In this document: one piece after another, positions 1-11,729 of the stretch
Layout of the letters: every line of letters starts with the position of its first letter
Position numbering within the stretch: the stretch's first letter is position 1
Source: Chiloscyllium plagiosum
Lineage: Eukaryota
Length of the DNA stretch: 64,000 nt
Direction of reading: 5' to 3'
Assembly (NCBI RefSeq): GCF_004010195.1
Contig: NC_057720.1
Coordinates: forward strand, 22,866,567-22,930,566
Translations under genes and position numbers: made by a program
Notes under the pieces: generated by a model
Databases searched by the model: none
Told to the model about the DNA's origin: nothing
Seen by the model: the letters and a program-made list of their open reading frames with translations, nothing else

Positions 1-120
1 TTTATTCCTGATGAAGGGCTTTTGCCCGAAACGTCGATATCGAAGCTCCTTGGATGCTGCCTGAACTGCTGTGCTCTTCCAGAATCTGGTTTCCAGCATC
101 TGCAGTCATTGTTTTTACCT
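1..120 (+). mobile_element. Penelope-like terminal-repeat element, family A (cut by window start)
   Basis: Near-identical to the right arm of 63534-63740, ending CAGCATCTGCAGTCATTGTTTTTACC; contains a hammerhead motif. Confidence 0.8.
8..35 (+). ncRNA. Minimal type I hammerhead ribozyme-like motif
   Basis: CTGATGA-A-GGGC-TTTT-GCCC-GAAA-CG-TC: intact core boxes, 4-bp stem II, GUC triplet. Activity untested. Confidence 0.75.
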
Positions 121-339
121 CTATGAATCAGTATAGACAAGCAGCTTGGCGTGGATGGGATTGAAACGTAATCATTGTAGAACCTCAATGCTTCCTTCAA
201 ACACTATCATTTTTCTTTCACTGTGAGGCTAAGGATCATCACGTAGGTGGCCAACAGCAGTTTGTTGTGAATATTTTTCTTGCATTCATACAGTATATTT
301 ATTTGAATATGTCATTAATGTTTTTTCACATATCCATTT

Positions 340-2140
340 CACAGTGCATAGGCACCCTTGGCAAAGTCAGCATTTATTACTCATCACTGGAACCAGGCCA
401 TTTCAGAGAGGAGTGAATCAGATAGATTTTTGTAAAAGAATCTATGATAGTTTTCTGATCACCATTACTGAGTGTACAGTACTGGATTCCTCATTATTTG
501 TGATGTATGTAAATTATATAGATGAGAATGTTGGGGAGGTGGAGTGATAAGTAAGTTTGCAGATGACGTGAAGAGTAAAGGGAAGAACTTTAGAATGCAA
601 ATAAGGAGAAACCTCTTCAGCCAGAGAGTGTGAATCTGTGAAATTCATTGTCCCAGAAGGCTGTGGAGGCCAGGTCATTGAGTATATTTAAGACTGAGAT
701 AGATAGGTTCTTGAGTATCAAGGGGATCAAGGGTTACAGGGAGACGGCGGGAAAATGGGATTAGGAAACCTATCAGCCATGATTGAATGGTACTGTAGAC
801 TTGATGAGCTGAATGACCTAATTTCTGCTCCAACATCTTATGGTCTTAAGATTGGCCGGGTGGTTAATAGTGAGGAAGAAGATCTTAGGTTACAGAAAGA
901 TATAGACAGGTTATTCAGATGGCCAGATCAGTAGCAGATAGCATTTCATAGAATCCCTACAGTGTGGAAGCAGGCCATTTAGCCCAATAAATCTGCACTG
1001 ACCCTCCAAAGAGAATCCCACACAGACCCCTCCCCCAACCTATATTTCCCATGGTTAATCCACCTAGTCTGCTCATCCCTGGACACTAAGGGTAATTTAG
1101 CATGGTCAATCCACCTAACCTGCACATCTTTAAACTGTGGGAGGAAATCAGTGCACCTGAAGGAAACCCACGCAGACATAGGAAGAATGTGCAAACTCCA
1201 CACAGACGGTTATCAGAATGTGGAATTAAATGCAGATTCCTGGCGCTGTGCGGCAGCAATGCTACCCACTTTGGAAGAAGTAACAAGACAAGGGAGTGCT
1301 CAATGAATGGCAGGACACTTGGAAACTCAGAGGAACAAAGGGATCTTGGAATACTTGTTGACAGATCTCTGAAGGCAGTTGGAAAGGTTAATAGGGTGGT
1401 TAAGAAGGCATTTGGAACACTTGCCTTTGTGAGCTGTGACGTGTATTATAAGAGGAGGGAGGATATGTTGGAGCTGTATAGAACTTTGGTTAGGCCATAG
1501 CTGGAGAACCATATGCAGTTCTGGTCACCACATTTTTGGAAGGATTTGATTGTAGTGGAGGGGCACAGGAGATTCATCAAGATATTGCCTAGGTTGAAGC
1601 ATTTTAGCTATGAAGAGAGGCTGGATAGGTTGTTTTATTTAGGGCAGAGTAGTCTGAGGAGGGGGACATGATGGAGGTGCAAATGTTTATGAGGGATTTG
1701 GACTGGCTGGATAGGAAACAGTTGTTCTCCTTAGTTGTAATGGTCAATAATGAGGGGGCATTATTGTAAAGGTGAAGGAGAGAGGATTTGTGGAAAATTG
1801 TTTTCACCCAGAGATTGGTGGGAATCTGGAAAGCAGTGCCTGGGAAGTGGGAAACCTCACAATCTTTAAAAAGTACGCGGATGAGCATTTTAAATGTCAT
1901 AATATTCAAGGCTACAGACCAAGTACTGGATAGCAGGACTAATGTAGATAGGTTGGCATAGACTTAATGTACTGAAGGGTTTCTTCTGCGCTTTATGACT
2001 TTATGACCAGATTTAAATTTCAATTTTTTAAACAATTGGATTTAAATTCCACCAGCTGCTGTGCTAGGATTTTACCCCATGACTCCAGACCATTACTCAG
2101 AGTTTCTTTAGTCCGGGGACATTAACACTGAAACATCATC
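340..2140. mobile_element. Nested cluster: old SINE (-, about 340-470 and 2005-2140) interrupted by CR1 LINE 3' part (+, about 475-2005), itself interrupted by another CR1 3' end (about 572-848) and an HE1-like SINE
   Basis: SKFADD-like codons near 551; EEQRDLGILVD...YRTLVRP in ORF 1102-1500; TCTTATGG and TATGACT tails. Confidence 0.75.
947..1270 (-). mobile_element. HE1-like tRNA-derived SINE
   Basis: Minus strand has GATGTGCAGGTTAGGTGGATTG..CATGCTAAATT core and a CR1-like tail; homologous to copies at 50046 and 51078. Confidence 0.85.
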
Positions 2141-2439
2141 TTACTAATTTTCTTGCCTGATGGACTTCACTTTCTGATAGATCTCTGTCTTGTGCTTTGT
2201 TTCCAACTTGCCTTTCATTGACTCATATTTGGGGATACTATGTTTTTTTGTTGCACATCTGTTAAAATTTTCTCAAGTAAAGTTGTCAGATACATCACTC
2301 AGGGAGAGGATTGTTGTTTTCAATGATGCATTCAGAGGGGTAGGATACAGGAGGAAGTGGAGCAAAAAAAAAGCAGGACCAGGCAAAGGAAGAATGCAGC
2401 CAGGTAGGAAAAACAAAGGTAATATAAGGGATGAAGACA

Positions 2440-3245
2440 GAATTCAGGGAACCAATTTAAGAAGAATTGCACAAAATTGACAGGAAACAAAGGTTTTAGT
2501 CATTTTAACAAAGGAAAGATATATTGGCATTGAAGACAGTTCAAAAAAGGTTGCTGAGGTTGACTCGGGGTATAGAGGGATTTTCTTAGGAAGTAAGGTT
2601 GTGTAGGTTGGTTTGTACTTAGAGGAGTTTAGAAGAATGTGAGGAGACCTCACTGAAACATGTAGAGTCATAGAGTTGTACAGCACAGAAACAGACTTTC
2701 AGTCCAACTCGTCTATGCCTTAATTATTCTAGTCCCACATGCCAGCATTTGGTCCATATGCCTCTAAGCCTTCCCTACTCATCCAGATGCTTTAAAATGT
2801 TGTAATTTTACCAGCTTCCACCAGTTCCTCTGGCAGTTCATTCCATACACACACATCACCCTCGGCATGAAAACGTTGCCTCTTAGATCCCTCTTATGCA
2901 CAGGCTTGACAGGATAGATGCTAAGGTATTGTTTCCCTTTGTACAAAAGTCCCCAGAGGGCATAATCTCACAGTAAGGAGTTACCCATTTAAGACAGAGA
3001 TGCGAATGAACGTTTTTACGTCAGATGATAGTGAATCAGTGGAATGCTTTACCGCAGACACTGTCATGGCTGGATTGTTAAATAACTCGAAGCTGCTATA
3101 GACAGATTTTTAATCACTAAAGGAATCAAGGGTTATGGAGGAAAGGCAGGAAAGTGGAGTTGATGATTAACAGATCAGCCATGGTCTGTTGAATGATGCA
3201 GCACACTCAGTGAGCTTCTGCTCCGACATCTTATAGTTTTATGTT
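2440..3245 (+). mobile_element. Decayed CR1 LINE 3' fragment with a nested antisense CR1 3' end (about 2662-2895)
   Basis: TTTAGAAGAATGTGAGGAGACCTCACTGAAAC (RR.RGDL.E motif) and CR1-type 3' UTR. Confidence 0.75.
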
Positions 3246-3649
3246 TTGATTTCATCTAAAGTGTGAGGTGGAATCCTAAGAAGTGGAGTCAAAAGTAGTC
3301 AAGGTGGATGACAAAAGAGAAAGAAAATTAGTAACAAAAGTAAATGCAGTGATAAATTTATTCCTGTAGCTCATTGACATGGAGCTGTCATTAATCTGCT
3401 TGTGCCACCAACAATATAGTTTGTGTAAAAGCAAAAATTCGTGACTACCTCTATTTTTCCAAAAGTCTAATTAATATAAATTTGGCAGGAAGATTACGCT
3501 ATTTTTTACAGTAAACTTCTCTGATATTGGCTTCATAGGTATAAAAGTGAAAGAACTTTAAATGCAAAGTGTCTTCAGAGCAATGTTTCGAAAGGAGTTT
3601 GAAATAACTGCACAGAGGCTGGTTTCCCATTCCCAAGTTACTCTTTACT

Positions 3650-5150
3650 TACATGTTGAAAGATGTTGCACTGGAAAAGCACAGCGGGTCTGGCAGCATT
3701 CAAGGAGCAGGAGAATCGACATTTCAGACATAAGCCCTTCATCAAGAATGTGGGGGGTGGGTGAAAAGGGCTGAGAGAAAAATAGGAGGGTGGGTGTAGG
3801 AATGTGGGTGAGATTGCTCAGAAGGTGATGGATAGATGCGGGTGGTGTGTGATGGTGGTAGGTCGGAGGAGAGGGTGGAGAGGGTACATAGGAAGGAAGA
3901 TGGACAGGTAGGACAGTTCAAGAGGATTGTGCTGAATTGGAGGGTTGGAGCTGGGATGAGGTAGGGAGAGGGGAGATGTGGAAAGTAGTGAAGTTGACAT
4001 TGATGCCCCAAGGTTGGAAGATGAGGCATTTTTCCTCAAGGTGTTGGTTGGCTTAAATTTGGTGGCAGAGGAGGCCGAGGACTTGCATATCCTTGATTGA
4101 GTGGGAGGGGCAGTTGAAGTGGTTGGCCACAGGGCAGTGGCTTTGTTTGGTGCATACGTCCCAGAGATGTTCCCTGAAATGTTTCGCAAGTTGGTGTCCT
4201 GTTTCCCCATTGTAGAAGAGACCACATCAAGAGGAACGGACAGAATAGATGAGGTGTTTGGATGTGCAGAAAGCTTTCTGCCGGACGTGGAAGGATCTTT
4301 TGGACACTTGGATGGAGTTCAGGGGGGAGGTGTGGGCATAGGTTTTACACCTTGTGCGGCAGCAAGGGAAGGTGCCGTGGGGAATGTGAACATAACAAGG
4401 GAATTGTGGAGGGAATAGTTTCTGCAGAATGCAGACAGGGTTGGGAAGGGAAATACAGAGGAACCTCGATTATCCGAACGAGATGGACGGATCATTTGGA
4501 TAATTGATTATTCGGTTAATTGATTTCCTCTGGTGCTCTGAGTTTTCTGTGAAGTCTGCTCCCCGTTCAGGAGACTAGGCAAATGCACAATGCGCGCGAG
4601 ACCCCTCCCTCAACTCCATCCAACACCAGGCCCCCGTCCGTCCCCCGCCCATCCCCAACCCCGTTCAACANNNNNNNNNNNNNNNNNNNNNNNNNNNNTG
4701 CCCAGCCGTCTGCCCCCACCCGCCCCAACCCCCAGCACCAACCACGTTCCCCCAATCCTGCACCCCTGTCCATCCCCACCCCCCATCCAACACCCGTCCG
4801 CTCCCCTGCCCCCACCCCCTGCTCCCTGTGGTGACGTCAGGGGTTTAGGGTTCACCTCTGTGTAAAAATCCAGGGTAAGTGTGGGGAGAGAGAGAGAGAG
4901 AGTGGGAGGTCAGTCATCGAAAGACGATGCCTCGACTGTCCACAACTGTTCTCGGCAACATTTCGAGGTCATTTTTAATCATTGTACCTGTAAACAAAAG
5001 ATGCGATCAGGGTTCAAACAGCTCTTTAACATAATGTTTCTGTCAGGACCTTAAGATCCCCTAGGGACAATCTGATATTCAGATAATTGATATTTGGATA
5101 ATTGAAGTTCCTCCATATATCTCTGTTGGTGGGGTCTGATTATAGGTGCA
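3650..5150 (-). mobile_element. Penelope-like element 3' part (GIY-YIG endonuclease remnant plus hammerhead-bearing terminus), split by a DNA transposon
   Basis: Minus strand about 4000-4270 reads HLIYSVRSS*CGLFYNGETGHQLAKHFREHL..PVANHFN; decayed hammerhead at about 3718-3745; sequence resumes after 5117. Confidence 0.8.
4456..5115. mobile_element. Non-autonomous Tigger/pogo-like (Tc1-mariner) DNA transposon
   Basis: TIRs CAGAGGAACCTCGATTATCCGAA (4456) and TTTGGATAATTGAAGTTCCTCCA (ending 5115), flanked by TA on both sides; no transposase ORF; contains gap 4671-4698. Confidence 0.8.
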
Positions 5151-5160
5151 TGTGCAGAGT

Positions 5161-5292
5161 ATAGGAGAAAGTGAGGACTGCAGGTGCTGGAGATCAGAGC
5201 TGAAAATGTGTTGCTGGAAAAGCGCAGCAGGTCAGGCAGCATCCAAGGAGCAGGAGAATCGACATTTCGGGCATGAGCCCTTCTTCAGGAAT
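5161..5292 (-). mobile_element. Solo hammerhead-bearing Penelope-like terminus, family A
   Basis: Minus strand CTGAAGA-A-GGGC-TCAT-GCCC-GAAA-TG-TC at 5261-5288; nearly identical to the left arm of 43020-43230. Confidence 0.8.
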
Positions 5293-5431
5293 GTGCACAT
5301 ATATTGACTTTGACCAGTCAGCTCAAAGCCAATCCCTAACCTGAGGAGACCTTCTGAATCCCCTGTTTATATTGGTAAGAGAAGGCTCTCTGATTAGCCC
5401 AGGCTAACAACTCCAATAAAGAATCTCATAG

Positions 5432-6228
5432 TTCTGGATGTAAGTTTGCTCGCTGAGCTGGGAGGTTCATTTTCAAACATTTCATCACCATACTAGGTAA
5501 CATCATCAGTGAGCCTCCGGCTAAAGCACTGGTGGCATGGTCGGCTTTCTATTTATGTGTTTAGGTTTCCTTAAATTGGTGTTGTAATTTCCTGTGGTGA
5601 CATCATTCCCTGTGGTGACATCATTTCATGTGGCGATGCCATTTCCTATTCTTTTTCACAGTGGTGGTAAATGGGATCCAAGTCCACAACAAGCAAAACT
5701 ATGTCATTTACAAAATAGCTTCCAAGAACTGTAACAAACACTACATTGGACAAACAGGCAGAAAACTAGCCACCAGGATACGTGAACATCAACTAGCCAC
5801 AAAAAGACATGACCCACTCTCACTAATATCCTTACATACCGATGAGGAAGGACATCACTTCCACTAGGACAACACATGCATCCAAGCCAAACATAGACAC
5901 ACATGAGAATTCCTAGAAGCATGGCATTCCAACCGGAACGCTATCAACAAACACATTGACTTGGATCCCATTTACCACCCCCTGTGAAAAAGAACAGGAA
6001 ATGACATCACTACAGAAAATGACACCAACACAAGAAATGACATCACCAACCCAAGGAAGCCTAAACATGTAAATAGAAAGCGGGCCATGCCATCAATGCT
6101 TTATTTGGAGGCTCACTGATAATGTTACCTAGTCGGGTGACAAAACATCTGAAAACGATCCTTCCAGCTCAGCGAGCAAACCTACATCCAGAACCTCAAC
6201 CTGAGCTACAAATCTTCACAAAACTCAC
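5432..6228 (+). mobile_element. Penelope-like element, family B: inverted terminal repeat, GIY-YIG remnant, terminal repeat
   Basis: NYVIYKIASKNCNKHYIGQTGRKLATRIREHQ in ORF 5628-5867; about 5432-5680 is the reverse complement of about 5965-6195; hammerhead-like motifs at 5476-5509 (-) and 6116-6149 (+). Confidence 0.85.
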
Positions 6229-6237
6229 TAATCTCAT

Positions 6238-6470
6238 AGCTGAAAATGTGTTGCTGGAAAAGCGCAGCAGGTCAGGCAGCATCCAAGAAACAGGGGGGCG
6301 GAGAGGTCAGGAAGAAGATTGCAGGTTAGGAAGGCGGTGCTGAGTTTGGTGCTCAGCTTATGCCCGAAACGTCGATTCTCCTGTTCCTTGGATGCTGCCT
6401 GACCTGCTGCGCTTTTCCAGCAACACATTTTCAACTCTGATCTCCAGCATCTGCAGTCCTCACTTTCTCC
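6238..6470 (+). mobile_element. Fold-back family A element with a purine-rich spacer
   Basis: Arms about 6238-6294 and 6380-6436 are reverse complements; TSD CTCACTAATCTC(A/G)TAG at 6224-6239 and 6470-6485. Confidence 0.8.
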
Positions 6471-7869
6471 TCACTAATCTCGTAGTTAATAAACCTGGCC
6501 ATGGTTCCAATCATGACATAATAAAACTCTCATTTTACAATAGTCGTAAATATGGACTTACTGAATTTTAACTTCCGTATATCTGTTTGTTAAACCTGAC
6601 ACATTTCACGGATTGAAAAAGTTTCTGAAAAGGAGGAAACATTAATAAAATGGCTGTAGTGGTCCTCTGACCACAGACTGAGGCAACCTTCATGAGTTCC
6701 ATGTGGAATTTAAAAAAGTCCGCACTGAATTTGCCACTTTGTTTAAAGGCATCGAAAGCAGATAACTGAATCATTCTTAGGTAATTCACATCTCCTGTTT
6801 TAACTCACACTTATGTGATAATTAGAAAGACAATGGAGTATGATGCAGAAATAGTCTACATTTCAAGAACTGCTTTTGATCAGCTGAGCTAGTAACTATG
6901 AATTTGAAAGCAAGAACTAGAAGGTTCTCTCTCTCTTTCATTCACTCTCTTTCTCTGCCTGTTTCTCTCCTCATCTCAGAATAATGCCTCAAATTTCAAC
7001 CAGGCCAAATAGGAGTCAGGGGAAAGATGCAAACCCAGCCACTTCAGAGGAGCCACTTCAGCCATTAATGAGTGAGCTTGAACCTTCTATTCTGAAATTA
7101 AAAGTAAACTAATTGACTTAATGTGTTTACTCTGTGTGCCATAAACTCAACATATTAATTATGACAGGGATTCTCCCAAGCACTGAACGGCTATCATATG
7201 TTTTCTTGAAACTGATGGCACTCAGATCACCACTTAAATGACTTTCTGACCTGAACTGGAAATCGGAGTCCCTTTAAAACTGTAATTTCCTGTGTAACGT
7301 GAGATCTCATTGAATTGCTATTACACCAGTAACTAGTTTTGCAACTTTCCAGCATATAGAAACAAAAAGTCACAAGAATCCCAAGATGACAAAGGTCACA
7401 ATGTTCCATTGAATGTATATTGGAGGTTTATCTGACGTCATATAAATTTTGTCATGTAGCCTCTATGCTACCTTGTTTGGGAAATAGGATGTTTTGGTCT
7501 TGGAATGAATGACAACTTCCCTTTCAGATGAAGGTGGGCAAAGGGGCAGCAGTCATCCTGATATTATGTGTAGCCTCCCTTGTGGTCAATGGCCGAAAAG
7601 ATTCAGACAAGTGATTTATATAGCTTGGATTGCCAGCCCCAAAAACAAGATATATTAACAGGAATAAAAGGTAAGCTGGAAGTGAGTTTGAGGGCCAGCC
7701 CAGGCGAATGAGCCACCTCCTTGGGAGAAGACTACAAGTTTGAGGGAAGAACAAAGACTGTTATCAGCAAAGACAATGAAATTATTGGGACAAACATCCC
7801 ACCACTCCATCTGGAGGGTTTTACTGCCTTTGTTTCTCTATTCTATAGAATGGCTTTGGGATCAAAAAA

Positions 7870-9770
7870 CATTGAAATGTAGAAAATAGCAGGAGTAGAT
7901 CATTCAGCTCTCAAGTCTGTTCTGCCATTTTGTCATGGCTGATCGTCCAACTCAGTATCCTGGTCCCACTTTTGCCCAATACTCTTTGATCCCTTTAGTC
8001 TTAAGAGCTATATCTATCGCCTGCTTCAGGATAGAACATAGAACATGGAACATAGAACAATACAGCACAGAACAGGCCCTTCAGCCCACGATGTTGTGCC
8101 GACCACTGATTCTCATGTATGCACCCTCAAATTTCTGTGACCATATGTATGTCAAGGAGTCTCTTAAATGTCCCCAATGATCCTGCCTCCACAACTGCTG
8201 CTGGCAATGCATTCCATGCTCTCACAACTCTCTGTGTGAAGAACCCGCCTCTGACATCCCCCTATACTTTCCTCCAACCAGCTTAAAACTATGACCCCTC
8301 GTGTTAGTCATTTCTGCCCTGGGAAATAGTCTCTGGCTATCGACTCTATCTATGCCTCTCATTACCTTGTATACCTCAATTAGGTCCCCTCTTCTCCTCC
8401 TTTTCTCCAATGAAAAAAGTCCGAGCTCAGTCAACCTCTCCTCATAAGATAAGCCCTCCAGTCCAGGCAGAATCCTGGTAAACCTCCTCTGAACCCGCTC
8501 CAAAGCATCCACATCTTTCCTATAATAGGGCGACCAGAACTGAACGCAGTATTCCAAGTGCGGTCTAACCAAAGTTTTACAGAGCTGCAACAAGATNNNN
8601 NNNNNNNNNNNNNNNNNNNNNNNNNNNNNNNNNNNNNNNNNNNNNNNNNNNNNNNNNNCTGGACACAGTATTCCAAGTGCGGTCTAACCCAAGTTTTATA
8701 GAGCTGCAACAAGATCTCACGACTCTAAAACTCAATCTCCCTGTTAATGAAAGCCAAAACACCATATGCTTTCTTAACAACCCTGTCCACTTGGGTGGCC
8801 ATTTTAAGGGATCTATGTACCTGCACCCCAAGATCCCTCTGTTCCTCCACACTACCAAGAATCCTATCCTTAATCCTGTACTCAGCTTTGAAAATTCAAC
8901 TTTCAAAAATGCATCACCTCGCATTTATCCAGGTTGAACTCCATCTGCCACCTCTCAGCCCATCTCTGCATCCTGTCAATGTCCTGCTGCAGCTTACCAC
9001 AACCCTCTATACTGTCAACGACACCTCCAACCTTTGTGTCATTTGCAATGTTCAATGTTTTAGCCTCAATGATTTTCTGTGGCAGAGTTTCCTACAGCCT
9101 CACCACTCTCTTGGTGAAGAAATTTGTCCTCATCTCAGTCTTAAATAACCTACTTTTTACCCTTAGAGTGTGCTCCCTCGTTATAGATTCTCTGGTCATC
9201 AGAAAAATCCTTCCTGTATTTTCCTGGTTTTCCCTGTGTAACATGAGATCCCATTGAATTGCTATTACAATTGTCAAGTCCTGTTAAAATTTTATAGGTT
9301 TCTATGAGATCCACCCTCATTATTTTAAACTCCATTGAATACAGTCCTAATCACTACAGCATCTCCCCATACGTCAGTCCTGCTGTTCTGAGAATTAGTC
9401 TGGTAAAACTTCATTGCACTCCCTCCACATCTGAAGAAAGGTGTTCTCGCTAAGGAAACAAAAACAGCACACAATACTCTGGGCGTGGTCTTACCTAGGC
9501 CTGCATAATTGACAACTCTGTTCCTCTACTCGAATTCTCTTACTGTGAAGGCCAACGTACCATTTCCCTTCTTCACGACCAGCTGCACCTTCATGCTTAC
9601 CTTCAGTGACTCATATACAGTGACACCCAGGTCTCATTGCATCTCCTGCTTTTCCAAACTATCACCACTCAGGTGATAATCTGCCTTCCTGTTATTACTG
9701 CCAAAGTGGATAACTTCACATTTGTTCACATTACACTTCATCTGCCATGCATTTGCTCACTCACTCAAAG
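7870..9770 (-). mobile_element. Older CR1 LINE fragment interrupted by a younger CR1 (about 8032-9050, contains gap)
   Basis: LVRPHLEYCVQFWSP..RRRGDLIEVYK in ORF 8222-8593; (TTCTATG)n tail at about 8032-8058. Confidence 0.9.
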
Positions 9771-10399
9771 CATTTTCATCTGTTATGGGTCATAAATTTC
9801 CATACATTGTCTGATTAAATAAAACATCACATCTTGACTGCTGCTGCTTAGCAATTTGAATAAACTCTCTGAAAATTCCTTCCAAATGGTGGACCGCTTA
9901 TACTTCACTAACTGTGATCGCAAACTCCCAAAATCTCTCCTGTATAAAAATCAAACCCTCATGGGACAGGCCATATTCCATCTTCCTAATGATAAAAATA
10001 ATACCTTCAACATCTTTCATCTCAAGACTTGCAACAAATATACCCAGACACATTCAATGCTATAGTTATCTTGAAAGGTGATGCTTTATTGCACCTCAGA
10101 GAAGCTGCAATCTCATTAATTGACATTTCTTGAAAGTTCACTTTCTTACACAAGAAAAATTTAAATTAAGCTGGACAATGTGGAATGTAATGGTCACATA
10201 CATTAATGCACAGACTACTACAGTTGTATTATGGCACAGTTAAAGAGAGATGGCAAAGTCACAATATACTTGGACCCAAGAAAAGAATTTTACCAAAAAT
10301 CAACTAAGTGTCAATTTCAAAGAGTTTCATGAAGGGTTTCTCACTGTGAACTCTAATGCATTATCTCACCCAATTCTCCACTGCTCACATAATTAAGTA

Positions 10400-10580
10400 T
10401 GCACCATACCACCGCTGTCATGCTACGAGAACCAGATTCAAACAGCAGCTGCCACACTTTGCTGAATGTGGTTTGAAGTAGTCATCTGGGTAAGTGCACA
10501 GTTCACAGTTCAGAGGAACATGCAACAAAGCCACAAGAAGTTTAATGAGCTTCTACACTCCATAAAGGTAAGTGGCACTA
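10400..10580 (+). mobile_element. Decayed Myb/SANT-like domain fragment, probably Harbinger ORF2 relic
   Basis: WFEVVIWVSAQFTVQRNMQQSHKKFNELLHSIK resembles W.EVA..VS....R...QC.KKFNDL; followed by AAG|GTAAGT. Confidence 0.5.
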
Positions 10581-11387
10581 TCTTCTTTCTGTTACCTCCC
10601 TCTTACTCTAACTCTGCTACTGAATCCACCATCCAACAAGACTCACCGTTCATCATTCTCTTTGCATGCAGCATCTTCACTCAATAGGGCTTTTATCCAT
10701 CTCAGTTCCTCTAACCCCACACACCCCTCCAAACTATAAACTCTTCCTGCTCGCTGTATTTCCTACTCACTCACTCAGGGCACCTAATTTCCCTTGAGAA
10801 GGTGGTGGTGAGCTGCCTTAATGAAACATTGCAATCCATTTAACATAATTCTATTCGCTGAATCCTTAGGAAGGGAGTTCCAAGATTTTAATCCAATGAC
10901 GCTGAAGGAATAGTAAGATATTTTGAGGTCAGGATGGCGAGTGGCTTGGAGCAAAAGTTGCAGGTGAAGGTGTATCTATGGCCATTGTCCTTTCAGATGG
11001 TTGTGGTTTGGAAGGAGCTTTGAGAATTTCATCAGTGTATCTTCTAGATAGTACACACTGCTGTGATTGTCCCTCAGCAGTGGAGTCCGTGAATGTTTAT
11101 GGGTGTTATCTCAATCAAATGGGCTGGTTTGTCCTGGATGGATGCCAGGCTTCTTCAGTGTTGTGGAAGCTACACTCATCCAGACAATTGGGGAATATTC
11201 AATCACCCTTTTGATTTGTGGCCAGTAGATGGTGAACAGCTCTGGAGAGTCAGGAAGTGAGTTACTCATCACAGGATTCATAGCCCCTTACCTTCACTTA
11301 TAGCTATAGTATTTCTATGACTGGTTCAGTTCAGATTGTGGTCAATGGTGACCTCCAGGATGTTGAGAATAGGGTGTTGTGGTAATG

Positions 11388-11600
11388 TCAAGAGTGTGGT
11401 GCTAGAGAAGTACAGCAGGTCAGGCAGCATCCAAAGAGCAGCAGTGTTTGGGCAAAAACCCTTCATCAGGATTTCTGATGAAGGGGTTTTGACCAAAACA
11501 TCGATTCTCCTGCTCCTCGGATGCTGCCTGACCTGCTGTGTTTTTCCAGCACTATACTCTCGACTCTAATCTCCAGCATCTGCGGTCCTCACTTTCATAG
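11388..11600 (+). mobile_element. Fold-back hammerhead element, family A
   Basis: Centre CTTCATCAGGATTTCTGATGAAG; TSD GTGGTAATGTC at 11379-11389 and 11602-11612. Confidence 0.8.
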
Positions 11601-11729
11601 AGTGGTAATGTCTGTTGTTGGGGATGATCATTGCTTGGCATATGTGGCATGAATACCCAAAGCCTGGATATTTTAGTTTCAACATGAAATGTTTCAATAT
11701 CTGAGGAGTTGCGAATGGTGCTGAACATT

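Noticed and set aside
4567..4865. Pro-rich and Gly-rich ORFs
   Set aside because: Low-complexity C-rich transposon interior spanning a gap.
6568..6795. Minus-strand 73-aa ORF as an exon
   Set aside because: No recognised homology, a weak acceptor, and direct joining to the 9806 candidate creates a stop.
7528..7670. Plus-strand exon-like segment encoding a signal-peptide-like MKVGKGAAVILILCVASLVVNG
   Set aside because: Stops after 28 codons and the other frames are also closed.
8539..8716. Direct repeat of about 57 bp on both sides of an N gap
   Set aside because: Both are the same CR1 segment at contig ends, so this is probably a scaffolding overlap.
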